From contig JBGTHM010000100.1 of NCBI GenBank assembly GCA_041746255.1, positions 63,087 to 127,086 on the forward strand: a stretch of 64,000 nt of DNA, given 5' to 3'. This document shows, in pieces, positions 10,321 to 20,532 of the stretch. Numbering within the stretch: the stretch's first letter is position 1; the number at the start of each line of letters is the position of its first letter. Both the position numbers and the translations under genes were made by a program. A model generated the notes under the pieces. It had not been told where the DNA came from and made no database searches. It was given only the letters and a program-made list of their open reading frames with translations. This DNA is from Fibrobacteria bacterium. Its GTDB lineage: Bacteria; Fibrobacterota; Fibrobacteria; UBA11236.

Positions 10321-10353
10321 GGGTATAAAGCCTCGTATCGACAAGGTAACCTT

Positions 10354-10384
10354 AAGCCTTCCGGTTCTCCGGAGGGCTTTTTTT
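10354..10384 (+). terminator. Intrinsic terminator of rplU-rpmA
   Basis: AAGCCTTCCGG-TTCT-CCGGAGGGCTT followed by a T tract. Confidence 0.85.
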
Positions 10385-10462
10385 ATCGGCAAATATAGCC
10401 GCCTCCCGCTAACCATCCACAGCATGTGGCTCGCGCGGTACCGGTTTCGTATCATATTGGCC

Positions 10463-13117
10463 ATGCGCTTTCTGTACCCGGGAATTGCCGCCTCCTTCGG
10501 ATTATTGTTGATGGGATGCCCCTCGGACCCCCAAAGACAAAATTTCGACTACCTTCGCACTGCGTCCCACTTTGCTGTGGATGCCGTGGATGACGATCAT
10601 GCCGCCTGTGATGATCCACAACCCCATTTCACTTCCGCGCAAGAATGTCGCGATACCAAAAAGTTCTTATTGCGATGGGAGCGTCCGGAAGAATCCGAAG
10701 GCCTTACCGCCTACCGCATCTACCTGGATACCCTGCCCCCAAATGCACCGGCCGGAAGGGACTGGAGATACGTGCAGGACCGGCCGGAATTTGCCTCCGT
10801 AATCGTGACGGATATTTCTCGAAGAACCGACAGCCTCTTGTTTTTCCTGACCGATTCTCCTATGGGGCAGGATACCCTGAGCTCCGATAGACGGCATATC
10901 ATCGCTTTTGATAGCACGGGAAGAGCCAGCGGAGACGACGGTCGCTATGTATTCGCCCTGGTCACCCAATATAGAGAAGGGCGCGGCAAAGGTCTCTGGC
11001 GTGATACCTATCTCATTTCCGATGATAAATTCCCCCCGCTTCCCTTTTCGCCGCAAATCACGGTTTTGGCCCGGGAAATCCGGATGCAATGGCGTCGCCC
11101 TACCGACCCCACCAGCCTATTCAATCCATCCGCCGACCGGGGTACTATCCGGCACTATCGCCTGAAGATCATTGCTGCCAACGCAATCAGAACTGCGACT
11201 TTCAGAGGCTTGAACGACACCCGGGTAAAATCGTACCAGGTGGGCGGAAACGAGCGGGTGGATGAAATTCGGGATTCCGTTGATATCCGAGAGCAATCCA
11301 CCGGGAAAATCATTTCCAAATATCTTACTCTCCCGGACGGGAACGGCGCCTTACTGGAAGTGGGTAAGGAGGCCTTGGACAGCATTTCCCTTCAGTTGGA
11401 GGGCTTTTACCCACTTGATACCATTAGCGTCGAGCTGGAGGCTGTCGATAGCAGTGGCAATAGTAACAGCCGCGCCATGCAAAAAATTACCCTTATCTTA
11501 ACGGATACCACTCAGCCTTCCCTGCCGCGCTTATCCGTATTGGATACCAGCCGAAACCAACTGATAGTGGCTTGGACCGCCAGCCGCGATTCCTTGCCCG
11601 GGCCGAGTGGCGCGTTGCGCGAAGGAGACCGGCCCAACCAGAATATCGCGGAATACCGTTTCTCCCTGAACTCGGGCGCCGGAGCAGTGGAAAGGGTTCG
11701 ACGCGTGGTCGCCTCCAATCGGGAAAATGAAATTTTCGAAGACACTTTGAAGTTCCTGCCTCCGGGTACGACCTATATGCTGAAAGTTTTCGCCATCGAT
11801 TCGACCGGCCACAAATCCCGTATCGACTCCATCCAGGTCGCAACCTTGCCGGTGGCCTTCGCCGATACCACCCTGAAATGCCCGGAAGGATATATCCGGA
11901 TGCCGAGACGGAATTTCACCTTGGGACAGAGCGGAAGTACCCGGGATGAAACCCCGTTGGAAATTGAAAATGAGCCTTTTTGTATTGAGCAATCTGAGCA
12001 TCGCAATGCGGATGGTTTCATCTACGGAGTAACCTGGGAAGAAGCCTTCGACACCTGCGACGATTTAAACTCCACTCAGGAGGGAAGCGGACTGCGTTTC
12101 CAATTGTGTTCGGAGGCGCAATGGGAAAGGGCTTGCAAAGGCGCCGACTCCATTCCGCATCAATACGGATTGCAAGGCGATCCCATTACTCCCTCCCTTT
12201 TGCAGAATTCCTGTAACCAGGGAACCAACGATTCCCTGATGGCTCAGTCGCTTGCCCTGCGCGACAACTCTTGCCTTAGCAACGAAGGTGTCTACGATTT
12301 GGCCGGCAACTTTTCCGAGTGGGTACTGGACGAATATGATTCCACGGGTTATGCCAATGTGGAAAAGCCCGGCTTACATCCCGAAGCGCCGATAAAAAGA
12401 CCGGAAGCCCTGCATGTTTTCCGGGGCGGAAATTTTCTGCGACCCAATATTCCCGCCGCCGAAATGCAAAAGCTGGCGCGGTGCTCCAACCGCGACTACC
12501 CCATGCAGGTCAGGCCCAAATTCAAGGATTCGTGCCGCTCCCTAGAAAATCCCAATGCCCCCAAAATCGTTATCGTATTCGACGAAAACCTTTTGGAAGG
12601 GCATTTTTGCCGGGATATCCCCAATGAATTGCAGGGAAAAACCATCCGGGAAATAATACCCAATCCTAGAGATACCGTTACGAATGTAACGCAGCTCTTC
12701 CTTTTCTACCTCGACGGATCCGAGGAAAAGCGGCATATCATGGACATCAGCCATGGCAAGGATGAACCGTTCGGCAATCGCCGTCCAGTGCGGGCCGCGC
12801 TTACGAGCCGGGCCCTGATGGAAGTCTTTTTCGAAAAGTCCGGAACCAACGAGAGCGTTGCCGATACGCTGGATGCCCGTAATTTAAAAGACACTACGAA
12901 TACCGTGGCCAAAGCGGCGATTTTCCGTCGTGAGACCAATAAGTCATGGCAGGCCGCGAAATGGGAAAATGGCGACTTTAAAATCAATTATCTCTTCGGA
13001 TTTCCCGTTACCGGCACCAAGCCGGCCAAGCGGTATTATTCCAGCCCCGCCATTGGATTCCGATGCTGCAGCCTGCCGATCAAGGACTCTACCCCTCCCG
13101 TTACCCTCGCGCCTTAA
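10463..13117 (+). CDS. Lipoprotein with FN3-like domains and a C-terminal FGE-sulfatase (C-type lectin fold) domain
   Basis: Lipobox LLMGC from ATG 10463. FN3-like LRWERP, IVAWTAS, LPPGTTYMLKVFAID. FGE motifs CPEGY, VTWEEA..C, LCSEAQWERAC, GVYDLAGNFSEWV, RGG and GFRCC. Confidence 0.8.
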   Translation: MRFLYPGIAASFGLLLMGCPSDPQRQNFDYLRTASHFAVDAVDDDHAACDDPQPHFTSAQECRDTKKFLLRWERPEESEGLTAYRIYLDTLPPNAPAGRDWRYVQDRPEFASVIVTDISRRTDSLLFFLTDSPMGQDTLSSDRRHIIAFDSTGRASGDDGRYVFALVTQYREGRGKGLWRDTYLISDDKFPPLPFSPQITVLAREIRMQWRRPTDPTSLFNPSADRGTIRHYRLKIIAANAIRTATFRGLNDTRVKSYQVGGNERVDEIRDSVDIREQSTGKIISKYLTLPDGNGALLEVGKEALDSISLQLEGFYPLDTISVELEAVDSSGNSNSRAMQKITLILTDTTQPSLPRLSVLDTSRNQLIVAWTASRDSLPGPSGALREGDRPNQNIAEYRFSLNSGAGAVERVRRVVASNRENEIFEDTLKFLPPGTTYMLKVFAIDSTGHKSRIDSIQVATLPVAFADTTLKCPEGYIRMPRRNFTLGQSGSTRDETPLEIENEPFCIEQSEHRNADGFIYGVTWEEAFDTCDDLNSTQEGSGLRFQLCSEAQWERACKGADSIPHQYGLQGDPITPSLLQNSCNQGTNDSLMAQSLALRDNSCLSNEGVYDLAGNFSEWVLDEYDSTGYANVEKPGLHPEAPIKRPEALHVFRGGNFLRPNIPAAEMQKLARCSNRDYPMQVRPKFKDSCRSLENPNAPKIVIVFDENLLEGHFCRDIPNELQGKTIREIIPNPRDTVTNVTQLFLFYLDGSEEKRHIMDISHGKDEPFGNRRPVRAALTSRALMEVFFEKSGTNESVADTLDARNLKDTTNTVAKAAIFRRETNKSWQAAKWENGDFKINYLFGFPVTGTKPAKRYYSSPAIGFRCCSLPIKDSTPPVTLAP

Positions 13118-14298
13118 GCCCGATCGGCGAAGGTAGACATCCCGATTTGACTCCAGATTTTTCGGGTAAGGGAGCTAACGGAAGCGGCTGGAATGTCGGC
13201 CTCCGATACCCAAAAATAACCCTCTCCCATTTTCGGCTGCTTTTTTTTAGCCGGGAATTCCACCCGGCATATTTCCACCGAAAGCTGGCTATGCATGATG
13301 CCATGCCGGATGACAATGCCCGAAGGAGAGAGTCGGAGAAGCGGCCAATCGACAAACCCCTCTCGGCACCGTTTTTCCAATTCATCGCTTCCCGTGGCTT
13401 GAATCAGTGGGAAGGACGGTAGACCTGCCAGCCATTCGGGCTTGCGGGGAATGCGCAGTAAAACCTGATTTTTCCAGACGACAATCAGGGCGTAACCGCG
13501 CCACTTGCGCGCCTCCGGCCTGGGTTTGGGTGGCGGCAATTTTGACTGAAGGTTTTTCTCGAAGGCCAGGCAACGGCTGGACAAGGGGCAGGCTTCGCAT
13601 TTGGGATTGCGTGGAAGGCAAACCAGCGCGCCCAATTCCATTAAGCCCTCATTGACCTTGGCCGGTTCGCCGGCAATCACCCATTCTCGCGCCCGCGCCC
13701 AATAAACCCGCTTCCCCTCTTTGCTACCCGGCAAAAAGGGGATTTGATGAAATCGACTGAATACACGGATCAGGTTGCCATCGAGAATCGGTTCAGGAAG
13801 GTTAAATGCCAAGCTGAGGATAGCACCGGCCGTATAGTCTCCGATTCCGGGTAGCGCCAGCAGTTCCTTGCGGGTGCTGGGGAAGCGACCTCCATAACTC
13901 GAAACCAACAGGCGCGCCGTTGCAAGTAGATTTCGTCCGCGCGAATAATAACCAAGCCCCGCCCAGGATTTGAGTACTTCCTCTTCTTCCGCGGCGGCAA
14001 GGGATGCGAGGTCTGGAAAGCGAAGCATCCACCGTTCGAAATAATCGATTACGGTGACGACCTGGGTTTGCTGAAGCATGATTTCCGAAATCCAGGTGCG
14101 ATAGGGGTCCCGTCGCGTTAGCGATAAGGGTTGAGGAGCGCCCTCGGATTGTGACATGGCCTCGATGGGCTCAGCCACCCGGTTAACGGAATCCGCCGAT
14201 TCCTCACGCCAAGGCAAAGAGCGGCGGGTAGAGGAAAACCAGTCTGTCAAACGGCTCACTTGCCGGGAAAAGGTATCGGAAGTCGCGGTTTTGATCAT
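13114..14298 (-). CDS. mutY: A/G-specific adenine glycosylase
   Basis: LPWR, DPYRTWISEIMLQQTQV, WAGLGYYSR, LPGIGDYTA, DGN and the 4Fe-4S motif C-x6-C-x2-C-x5-C. Confidence 0.95.
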   Translation of the reverse strand: MIKTATSDTFSRQVSRLTDWFSSTRRSLPWREESADSVNRVAEPIEAMSQSEGAPQPLSLTRRDPYRTWISEIMLQQTQVVTVIDYFERWMLRFPDLASLAAAEEEEVLKSWAGLGYYSRGRNLLATARLLVSSYGGRFPSTRKELLALPGIGDYTAGAILSLAFNLPEPILDGNLIRVFSRFHQIPFLPGSKEGKRVYWARAREWVIAGEPAKVNEGLMELGALVCLPRNPKCEACPLSSRCLAFEKNLQSKLPPPKPRPEARKWRGYALIVVWKNQVLLRIPRKPEWLAGLPSFPLIQATGSDELEKRCREGFVDWPLLRLSPSGIVIRHGIMHSQLSVEICRVEFPAKKKQPKMGEGYFWVSEADIPAASVSSLTRKIWSQIGMSTFADRA

Positions 14299-14324
14299 GG
14301 AATAAGCGAATAAGAATTAGGATA

Positions 14325-15497
14325 TTACAAACGGGCGGATTCGATGACCACCTGCTGCAATTGCTCCGGAGAGTTGTAGACATGCGGAGAAAAACGCAGA
14401 CGTCCCAATCTTTCTGCCGCAACGATGCCGCGCTCACGAAGCCGCGCTACCGTACGAGTAGCGTCCAGGCCGCTTTTTTCCACCACGACGATAGCGGTAG
14501 GTTCGGAATATCCGGAGGATAAAATACGAAACCCTTCGTGGGCGAGCCCTGCAGCCAATTGGGAGGCAAGCTCGTGCAACCTTTTCCTGACGGCGACAAA
14601 CCCCAGCTGCGCCAGAAAATCGAGTGAAGCGCGCCAATAGATCCAATCGTTGAAATTCGGCGTCGAGTATGTGTATCGACCCGTGTGAGGCTTGAGCTCT
14701 TGGCGATACGGCAAATACTTCCCGTCATTAATTACCGATTCGGTGCCCTTGAAGGGATAGCGAAGTTCCGCCAGTCGCTCACGGGCCGCATAAAGGCCTC
14801 CTATACCCAGAGGGCCCAGTAACCACTTCCAGCCTGAAAAAGCCATGTAGTCTATGCCCCACTCACGGGGACGCAAATCAACATGTCCGATGCCCTGGGC
14901 CGCATCGACAGCGAAGCGGATATCCCGCTCCCGGCATAAAGCGCCTATATCCCGCAAGGGCAAGGGCATTCCCGTGCACCAATGCACCGCGGAAAGCGTG
15001 ACAAACCGAGTCCTGGCAGTCAAAGCCTCCATGAAATTCCCTAGAAAATCGGTCGGGGTTTCAGCCATGGGAATGAATTTCAGGTCCACCCCCTTATCGC
15101 GCCAATGTTCCCAGGGATAGACATTACTGGGATACTCGTTTTCAAGCAACAGGATTTCATCCCCGGATTGAAAGGTCAGACCATGCGAGATCAGGTTCAT
15201 TCCCTCTGAAGTATTATGGATGACGGCCAGTTCTTCTGTCTCCACCGCCAATATTTCCGACAAATGCCGGAGAATGTCTGACTGGACATCCAGGTATGAG
15301 ACGCCTTCCGCTAATATCCCACTATGGGAATAGCTTTCCAGAAAAGCGGAAACGGCTTTTACGGCCGGGTTCCCTGCAGGCGTGGTACCACAATTATTAA
15401 CCCAAATGAACCTTGAATTGACGGGGTACGCCGCATACGCAGCATGCCAATCCGGGCATAAAGAAGTCGTTGAGCTCTCGGATGGGGAGCCGTTCAC
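14325..15497 (-). CDS. PLP-dependent class V aminotransferase family protein
   Basis: NTSEG, EYPSN, VDAAQ, SGWKWLLGP (PLP Lys) and LRFSPHVYN motifs; no evident desulfurase catalytic Cys loop. Confidence 0.88.
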   Translation of the reverse strand: MNGSPSESSTTSLCPDWHAAYAAYPVNSRFIWVNNCGTTPAGNPAVKAVSAFLESYSHSGILAEGVSYLDVQSDILRHLSEILAVETEELAVIHNTSEGMNLISHGLTFQSGDEILLLENEYPSNVYPWEHWRDKGVDLKFIPMAETPTDFLGNFMEALTARTRFVTLSAVHWCTGMPLPLRDIGALCRERDIRFAVDAAQGIGHVDLRPREWGIDYMAFSGWKWLLGPLGIGGLYAARERLAELRYPFKGTESVINDGKYLPYRQELKPHTGRYTYSTPNFNDWIYWRASLDFLAQLGFVAVRKRLHELASQLAAGLAHEGFRILSSGYSEPTAIVVVEKSGLDATRTVARLRERGIVAAERLGRLRFSPHVYNSPEQLQQVVIESARL

Positions 15498-15511
15498 CCG
15501 ATTGTAAACCT

Positions 15512-15889
15512 TTAATTCTTCGGCTCAGGGGAGTATCCGCCCCTGGGATCACCGTAAACCGTCTCTATTTTTTCTCCGGCAAACTTCATGCCAGTGACAA
15601 GCGCGCCCTTCCGATCCAGGTATTCCCAGGTCGCATCTGCATCCGCGGTCCTGTCGGGTGCTCCATAAAGCTGAAAAACCAGTTCCTTGGTCATTCCTTC
15701 GACAACATAACCTGTCAAAAAGGCCTGCCTGACGCTTTCCGGAATTCCGTAACCGTTTTGAACCACGAAATGATGGCGTTCCTCAACCGGTAGGCCTCTC
15801 TCGGCAAGAGGACGGTTATATGTCGAGGAGCAAGCCGCTAATCCAGCCAAACTCCCAATTGCAATCCATTTGCCTAACGATAATCGCAT
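15512..15889 (-). CDS. Small lipoprotein with BamE/SmpA-OmlA-like domain
   Basis: Lipobox LAAC; GMTKELVFQLYGAPD...WEY motif. Confidence 0.7.
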   Translation of the reverse strand: MRLSLGKWIAIGSLAGLAACSSTYNRPLAERGLPVEERHHFVVQNGYGIPESVRQAFLTGYVVEGMTKELVFQLYGAPDRTADADATWEYLDRKGALVTGMKFAGEKIETVYGDPRGGYSPEPKN

Positions 15890-16078
15890 TCAGTGAACCT
15901 CCCTATGCCGAATTCCCACGCCTTCCGGTTGTTTAAATTTAATTGGCTTTTCCGATTAAGTCCATATAGTTTGGGAAGTTGGCAAAGTTTTTAACTGCCG
16001 GGGCCCGCCGGCAACCGAGTTTATTCAATTTCTATTTATTTTTCCCCCAACTCATCCACCGCCGGATGCTGTACTTCC

Positions 16079-17044
16079 ATGCAAAAGGTGAAAAGAAACC
16101 AGGGAACCCAAATTGTGATAATCCAGGTATTCACTAAATTACCCAGGCGAATGGCCTTCATTTTCCTGCTTGGTTTGGGGTGGACGACTACACACGCAGA
16201 AACTCCACAGGAGCAGAATTCGGGAAAATGGCGGTTCGGACCCTATGTCGTTAACAGTCTCTCAGCCGCCATGACCCCATTTGCAACTGATTTGAGCCTA
16301 CCCCATCTCGGCTATCATTTTAAATTGGGGTGGATGGAGCCCATAGTATGGGAACCCGGCAGTATTTTTCATGCGACCTATTTTGAAAGCATCGTCAAAG
16401 CGAATATCACCCCATACCAAGCCGATGTAGGAACCGCCTTCAACATCAAACCCTTACGATTCCTCGATGTGGGGTTGAGTTACAATCGCCTTCAGTTCCT
16501 AAAAAGCAGGGTTACCTTCGCGAGCGAGGAGGCACTCCCCCCCACCCAGTCGTGGCGCCCCGATCGTATCCATACCCGCAATGGCGGGTGGGGCGGCGCG
16601 GACGTATTCACATTTAACCTTGGCTTGACAGTGAAAATGCAGCGGCTGACTTTGCTGGGGCGGGGAACGCATGCACTGTGGGACGTTAAAAGCCGAGGCG
16701 GAGCTTATGTCTTTGAATACAGAAATAATATGTTAATCCGAACCAGCGATCGCATCAATATGCTCGAGGCTCAAGCGCATTTCAATTTGAACCCTTGGGC
16801 GCCCATCAGCCTTAAAGCCACGAATAAATATTGGAACGCAAATCGATCCGGTGTTGAGCAAAACCGGATAGCTGCCGGATTCACCGGACTTCGATGGGGA
16901 ACTAACGGAAGGAATGAAAAACGGGGCCTGGATTTACTTCTCGGAAAATGGACTTTACATCCCCACGTATCCACCCGCTCTCTGAAAGATTCCTTCGTAT
17001 TGATTTTGGATTGGAGTTGGGACGTCAGATTTCTGGAGATTTGA
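16079..17044 (+). CDS. Hypothetical secreted protein, probable outer-membrane beta-barrel (start uncertain)
   Basis: Signal-like segment MAFIFLLGLGWTTTHA; many alternating aromatic/hydrophobic beta strands. Confidence 0.55.
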   Translation: MQKVKRNQGTQIVIIQVFTKLPRRMAFIFLLGLGWTTTHAETPQEQNSGKWRFGPYVVNSLSAAMTPFATDLSLPHLGYHFKLGWMEPIVWEPGSIFHATYFESIVKANITPYQADVGTAFNIKPLRFLDVGLSYNRLQFLKSRVTFASEEALPPTQSWRPDRIHTRNGGWGGADVFTFNLGLTVKMQRLTLLGRGTHALWDVKSRGGAYVFEYRNNMLIRTSDRINMLEAQAHFNLNPWAPISLKATNKYWNANRSGVEQNRIAAGFTGLRWGTNGRNEKRGLDLLLGKWTLHPHVSTRSLKDSFVLILDWSWDVRFLEI

Positions 17045-17049
17045 AGCAT

Positions 17050-17898
17050 CTACCGTGTAATCGCTGCATTCTGCTCCTGACGCGGCTGCGGTCTCTCAAT
17101 ACCACGAAGGTTCGATAATATCCAATAAAATCCGGATGGCTGCACCGGGAAAACCGGTTCTAACATCGGTTCAATCAATGCTACTTCATTTCCCGGAAAA
17201 GAAATCCCTGCGAAATTCAGTGAAAGACTGGATGGCGATTCTTCCCGAAAGGCGTTGATGGCGGAGAAAATCCATTTAGCGCCTACCGGTTGAAATCCGT
17301 CCAACTTCAAGGTTTTCTGCTCCTGCCTTCTCAAGTCGAAAAAGGTTATCCGCTTTGGCAATACCGGATTTTTCGAAAAAGCGATTTCCAGTTTCGAATA
17401 AAAACTCTGGTACTTTGGACTCATTCCCAGGGTCACCTGATAGGTGGAATCGGATTCTTGAAATTGCGTGCACGAACCCGCTTCGGCAAGATACCCGGAA
17501 GGTACTTTCGCCAAATCCTCATAGGTCAGTACCCCATTCACCGCGAACTTCCGCCATTGCCGATTTCCGATACGGCGAATCCGGCCTGTTTGCGTATCTT
17601 CCATCCACTGTTCTCGACCATGGCCTGATGAATGGTGGATAAAGCTTTCGAGGGAACTTTCGAGGGTAAATTTTCTCTCCCCTTCGCCGTCCCGGAATTC
17701 CCAATGACCCTTCCAGGAAATCGGGCCTAGCAAGGGGTCGTATTTCACCCCTTCGACCCTGGCCGAGAATGGGCCTTGATGCAAATTATTCAAAGCCTCT
17801 TCCACCACCATGGTGCAAGTGCTTTTTGCCTGGTCATCGGCCGAAACGCTTGATGCCAAACCATAGATCAATATCAGGAACGTAAAAGTCTTATTCAT
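17050..17898 (-). CDS. LolA-like outer-membrane lipoprotein-sorting protein
   Basis: Signal peptide; RIRRIG...GVLTYEDL and KRITFFD...KTL patterns typical of this family. Confidence 0.7.
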   Translation of the reverse strand: MNKTFTFLILIYGLASSVSADDQAKSTCTMVVEEALNNLHQGPFSARVEGVKYDPLLGPISWKGHWEFRDGEGERKFTLESSLESFIHHSSGHGREQWMEDTQTGRIRRIGNRQWRKFAVNGVLTYEDLAKVPSGYLAEAGSCTQFQESDSTYQVTLGMSPKYQSFYSKLEIAFSKNPVLPKRITFFDLRRQEQKTLKLDGFQPVGAKWIFSAINAFREESPSSLSLNFAGISFPGNEVALIEPMLEPVFPVQPSGFYWILSNLRGIERPQPRQEQNAAITR

Positions 17899-18031
17899 GC
17901 TTATTGCCGGGGCGCGGATTAAGGATTATTACCGGGTGTTTCCGCCACCTTGACCTCAAGTGATGATAAAAAATAATCCTCCCGCGCGCTCGCAATTTCG
18001 GAGAAAGTTTCCAAAATCGGCTTTAGCGCCT

Positions 18032-18058
18032 AAAAAAATGGCTCCCCTGCGGGAGCCA
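18032..18058 (-). terminator. recA terminator
   Basis: TGGCTCCC-N4-GGGAGCCA hairpin followed on the minus strand by T7. Confidence 0.8.
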
Positions 18059-18084
18059 AAATGGAAATTCGGAAGGAATGAAGA

Positions 18085-19194
18085 TTACCCCCCTGCTTGC
18101 TCTGCCAGTTGAATATCGCTCCAGTCTTCTTCCAGAGCGGAATCGTCCGATGAGGGTTTAACGGTTTCCAAAGTCGACTTCAGGGTTTGGCGCACTTTGC
18201 CTTCGATTTCTTCGAGAATGTTTTTGTTTTCTTTGAGATAATCCCGGGCCCGATCGCGCCCCTGACCCAATCTTTCCTTACCATAGGAGAACCAAGTACC
18301 GCTTTTTTGAATAATTTCCAATTCCGTGGCCAAATCCAACAAACTGCCCTCGCGCGATATACCTTTTCCATAAAGGATATCGAATTCGCATTGTTTGAAA
18401 GGAGCCGCCAATTTATTCTTGACCACCTTGACCTTGGTACGGTTTCCAATCACCGTTTCGCCCTCTTTCAGAGTGGCGATTTTCCGGATATCCAGGCGTA
18501 TCGAAGAATAAAATTTCAGCGCGTTACCACCTGTAGTGGTTTCAGGGTTGCCGAACATGACACCGATTTTCATCCGCAATTGATTGATGAAGATAAGGCA
18601 GCAATGGGAGCGATTGACTATGCCGGTCAACTTACGCAAAGCCTGAGACATTAATCGAGCCTGCAATCCCATATGGGAGTCACCCATTTCACCATTGATT
18701 TCAGCTTGAGGCACCAAGGCGGCAACGGAGTCCACGACAATGATGTCGATGGCATTGCTACGCACCAGCGTTTCGACTATATCCAGCGCCTGTTCGCCGG
18801 TATCGGGTTGTGACACCAGAAGGTTATCGATATCGACTCCCAATTTTCTTGCATAAAGGGCGTCGAAGGCATGCTCCGCATCGATAAAAGCGGCGACGCC
18901 TCCATTCTTTTGGGATTCGGCCAGGGCATGCAGTGCCAGGGTGGTTTTACCCGAAGACTCCGGCCCATAGATTTCGACGATGCGACCCTTGGGCAAGCCA
19001 CCTATGCCTAGGGACATGTCCAATTGAATACACCCCGTGCTGATGACGGGGATATCCAGGATTTCCTGGGTACCCAGGGTCATGATGGACCCCTTGCCGT
19101 GATTCTTTTCAATTTGAGCCACTGCGGCCTCTACAGCCCGCTTGCGGTTTGAAGTGTCATCGGTGATTATGACGGAATTTTTTTTAGCCGACAT
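18085..19194 (-). CDS. recA: Recombinase A
   Basis: [36 protein letters not shown] and GGNALKFY motifs. Confidence 0.99.
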   Translation of the reverse strand: MSAKKNSVIITDDTSNRKRAVEAAVAQIEKNHGKGSIMTLGTQEILDIPVISTGCIQLDMSLGIGGLPKGRIVEIYGPESSGKTTLALHALAESQKNGGVAAFIDAEHAFDALYARKLGVDIDNLLVSQPDTGEQALDIVETLVRSNAIDIIVVDSVAALVPQAEINGEMGDSHMGLQARLMSQALRKLTGIVNRSHCCLIFINQLRMKIGVMFGNPETTTGGNALKFYSSIRLDIRKIATLKEGETVIGNRTKVKVVKNKLAAPFKQCEFDILYGKGISREGSLLDLATELEIIQKSGTWFSYGKERLGQGRDRARDYLKENKNILEEIEGKVRQTLKSTLETVKPSSDDSALEEDWSDIQLAEQAGG

Positions 19195-19234
19195 GGAAGA
19201 GTCTCCTTTTGTTGAGTTAATAATTACAAATTGC

Positions 19235-19248
19235 TGCTCATATGTGCA
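19235..19248. promoter_or_regulatory. Fibrobacter-type LexA (SOS) box upstream of recA
   Basis: TGCTC-ATAT-GTGCA matches the TGCNC-N4-GTGCA consensus described for Fibrobacter succinogenes LexA and lies 40 bp upstream of the recA start. Confidence 0.75.
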
Positions 19249-19257
19249 AGTGCTTTT

Positions 19258-20532
19258 TTAAGCAGATACACTTTTTTCGGGGCTCGGATGGTCCCCCTCC
19301 AGTAAAGTCAAACGCAGGAAATTGAGCATGGCATAGGCGGCTGCCCAACGAATCGTGGTTCTATCGCCCCTAAAGTGCCATAGAGAGCTGTTTATTGAGA
19401 GGTTATTCCCTATAGCCATCCAGACGGTTCCCACAGGCTTATCTTCGGTGCCTCCCGCCGGTCCGGCTAGACCCGAAGTCGCACAGGCATAATCCGCTCC
19501 ACTTCGCTCTAGGCAGCCCGCCACCATGGCTTCCACCACCTGGCGTGAAACTGCCCCATAACGAGACAACATATCTTCCGGAACCCCCAAAAACCGGGTT
19601 TTGGTCTGATTCGAATAGGTGAGAAATCCACCTTTGAAAAAACCTGAGCTACCCGGCCTTCCCGTCAGCAAAAAGGCTAAGGCGCCCGTGGTACAGGATT
19701 CCGCGACCGCTATCGTGAATTTTTTTTCCAGGATCAGATTATGCAAAGTACCGCAAAGGTCGAGTCCATCGGGATGCACCAGGGTTTCGGCGGGTAAGGC
19801 GCCAAGAACTCGAGCCCAATTGCTTTCCAGTTTCGTCTGGACTTCAGTCGCTTGTGAAGCCGGACAGCGCATTTTCAGGGAGATTTCCACACCCCTTTCG
19901 GAAGGAAGGCTGGAAAAATCGAAACCCGGATCCAGAGTTAAACCCTCTAATCTCCGCCTTTGTTCGGACTCGGGTAATCCAAACGTCCAAATCTTCTTCT
20001 CCAGCAGCTGTCCATTGCTGGCTAGAGCGGGCAGCAAATGGTTGGCAACCATATACCTTAATTCGGAAGGCACGCCTGGAAATGCGAATATCTTGAGGTC
20101 CCCCGCATGAGCAAGGATGCCGCAAGCGGTGCCGGCCTCATTGCGTAAAGCCCGGCTACCGAGGGGAATCAGCGATTGCCTTTCCTGGCTCTCACCTAAC
20201 TGCTCTTCGGGCCTTTTCAAATAAGCGGCCATCCACTGCCGGGCTTCGGCCGAAGCCTCCAGCGTAACATCCAAGTATCGGGCCAATGCCTGTCGCGTCC
20301 TATCGTCATGGGTTGGGCCCAATCCCCCCGTCATTACCACGGCGTCAACGGGAAAGGTTTTGGTCGCGGACTCCAAAGCCTGAAGAATCCGCCCTTCGTC
20401 GTCTCCCACGGTGAAACTGAAAAGGACCTCATGACCTAAAGGATAAAGCAAAGTGGCGATATCCCTGCAATTGGTGTTCAACACCTTTCCATCCAAAAGT
20501 TCAGAGCCGATGACGAGAATGCCGATGCGCAT
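19258..20532 (-). CDS. cinA: Competence/damage-inducible protein CinA (NMN deamidase fusion)
   Basis: IGSELLDG..NTN, TGGLGPTHDD, PGVPSE, AESCTTG, GAVS and SGLAGPAGG motifs; directly upstream of recA. Confidence 0.93.
   Translation of the reverse strand: MRIGILVIGSELLDGKVLNTNCRDIATLLYPLGHEVLFSFTVGDDEGRILQALESATKTFPVDAVVMTGGLGPTHDDRTRQALARYLDVTLEASAEARQWMAAYLKRPEEQLGESQERQSLIPLGSRALRNEAGTACGILAHAGDLKIFAFPGVPSELRYMVANHLLPALASNGQLLEKKIWTFGLPESEQRRRLEGLTLDPGFDFSSLPSERGVEISLKMRCPASQATEVQTKLESNWARVLGALPAETLVHPDGLDLCGTLHNLILEKKFTIAVAESCTTGALAFLLTGRPGSSGFFKGGFLTYSNQTKTRFLGVPEDMLSRYGAVSRQVVEAMVAGCLERSGADYACATSGLAGPAGGTEDKPVGTVWMAIGNNLSINSSLWHFRGDRTTIRWAAAYAMLNFLRLTLLEGDHPSPEKSVSA

Noticed and set aside
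10259-10462. N-terminal extension of the 952-aa ORF (likewise for the 2998, 22706, 49570 and 52851 starts)
   Set aside because: These overlap neighbouring genes or terminators; downstream ATGs give proper signal peptides or domain starts.
12494-13054. Intein as the explanation for the FGE insertion
   Set aside because: No C-terminal HN-C/S/T splice junction and no recognisable Hint or LAGLIDADG motifs.
11870-13117. Diversity-generating retroelement targeting the FGE/CLec domain
   Set aside because: No template repeat differing at adenines and no reverse transcriptase in the window.
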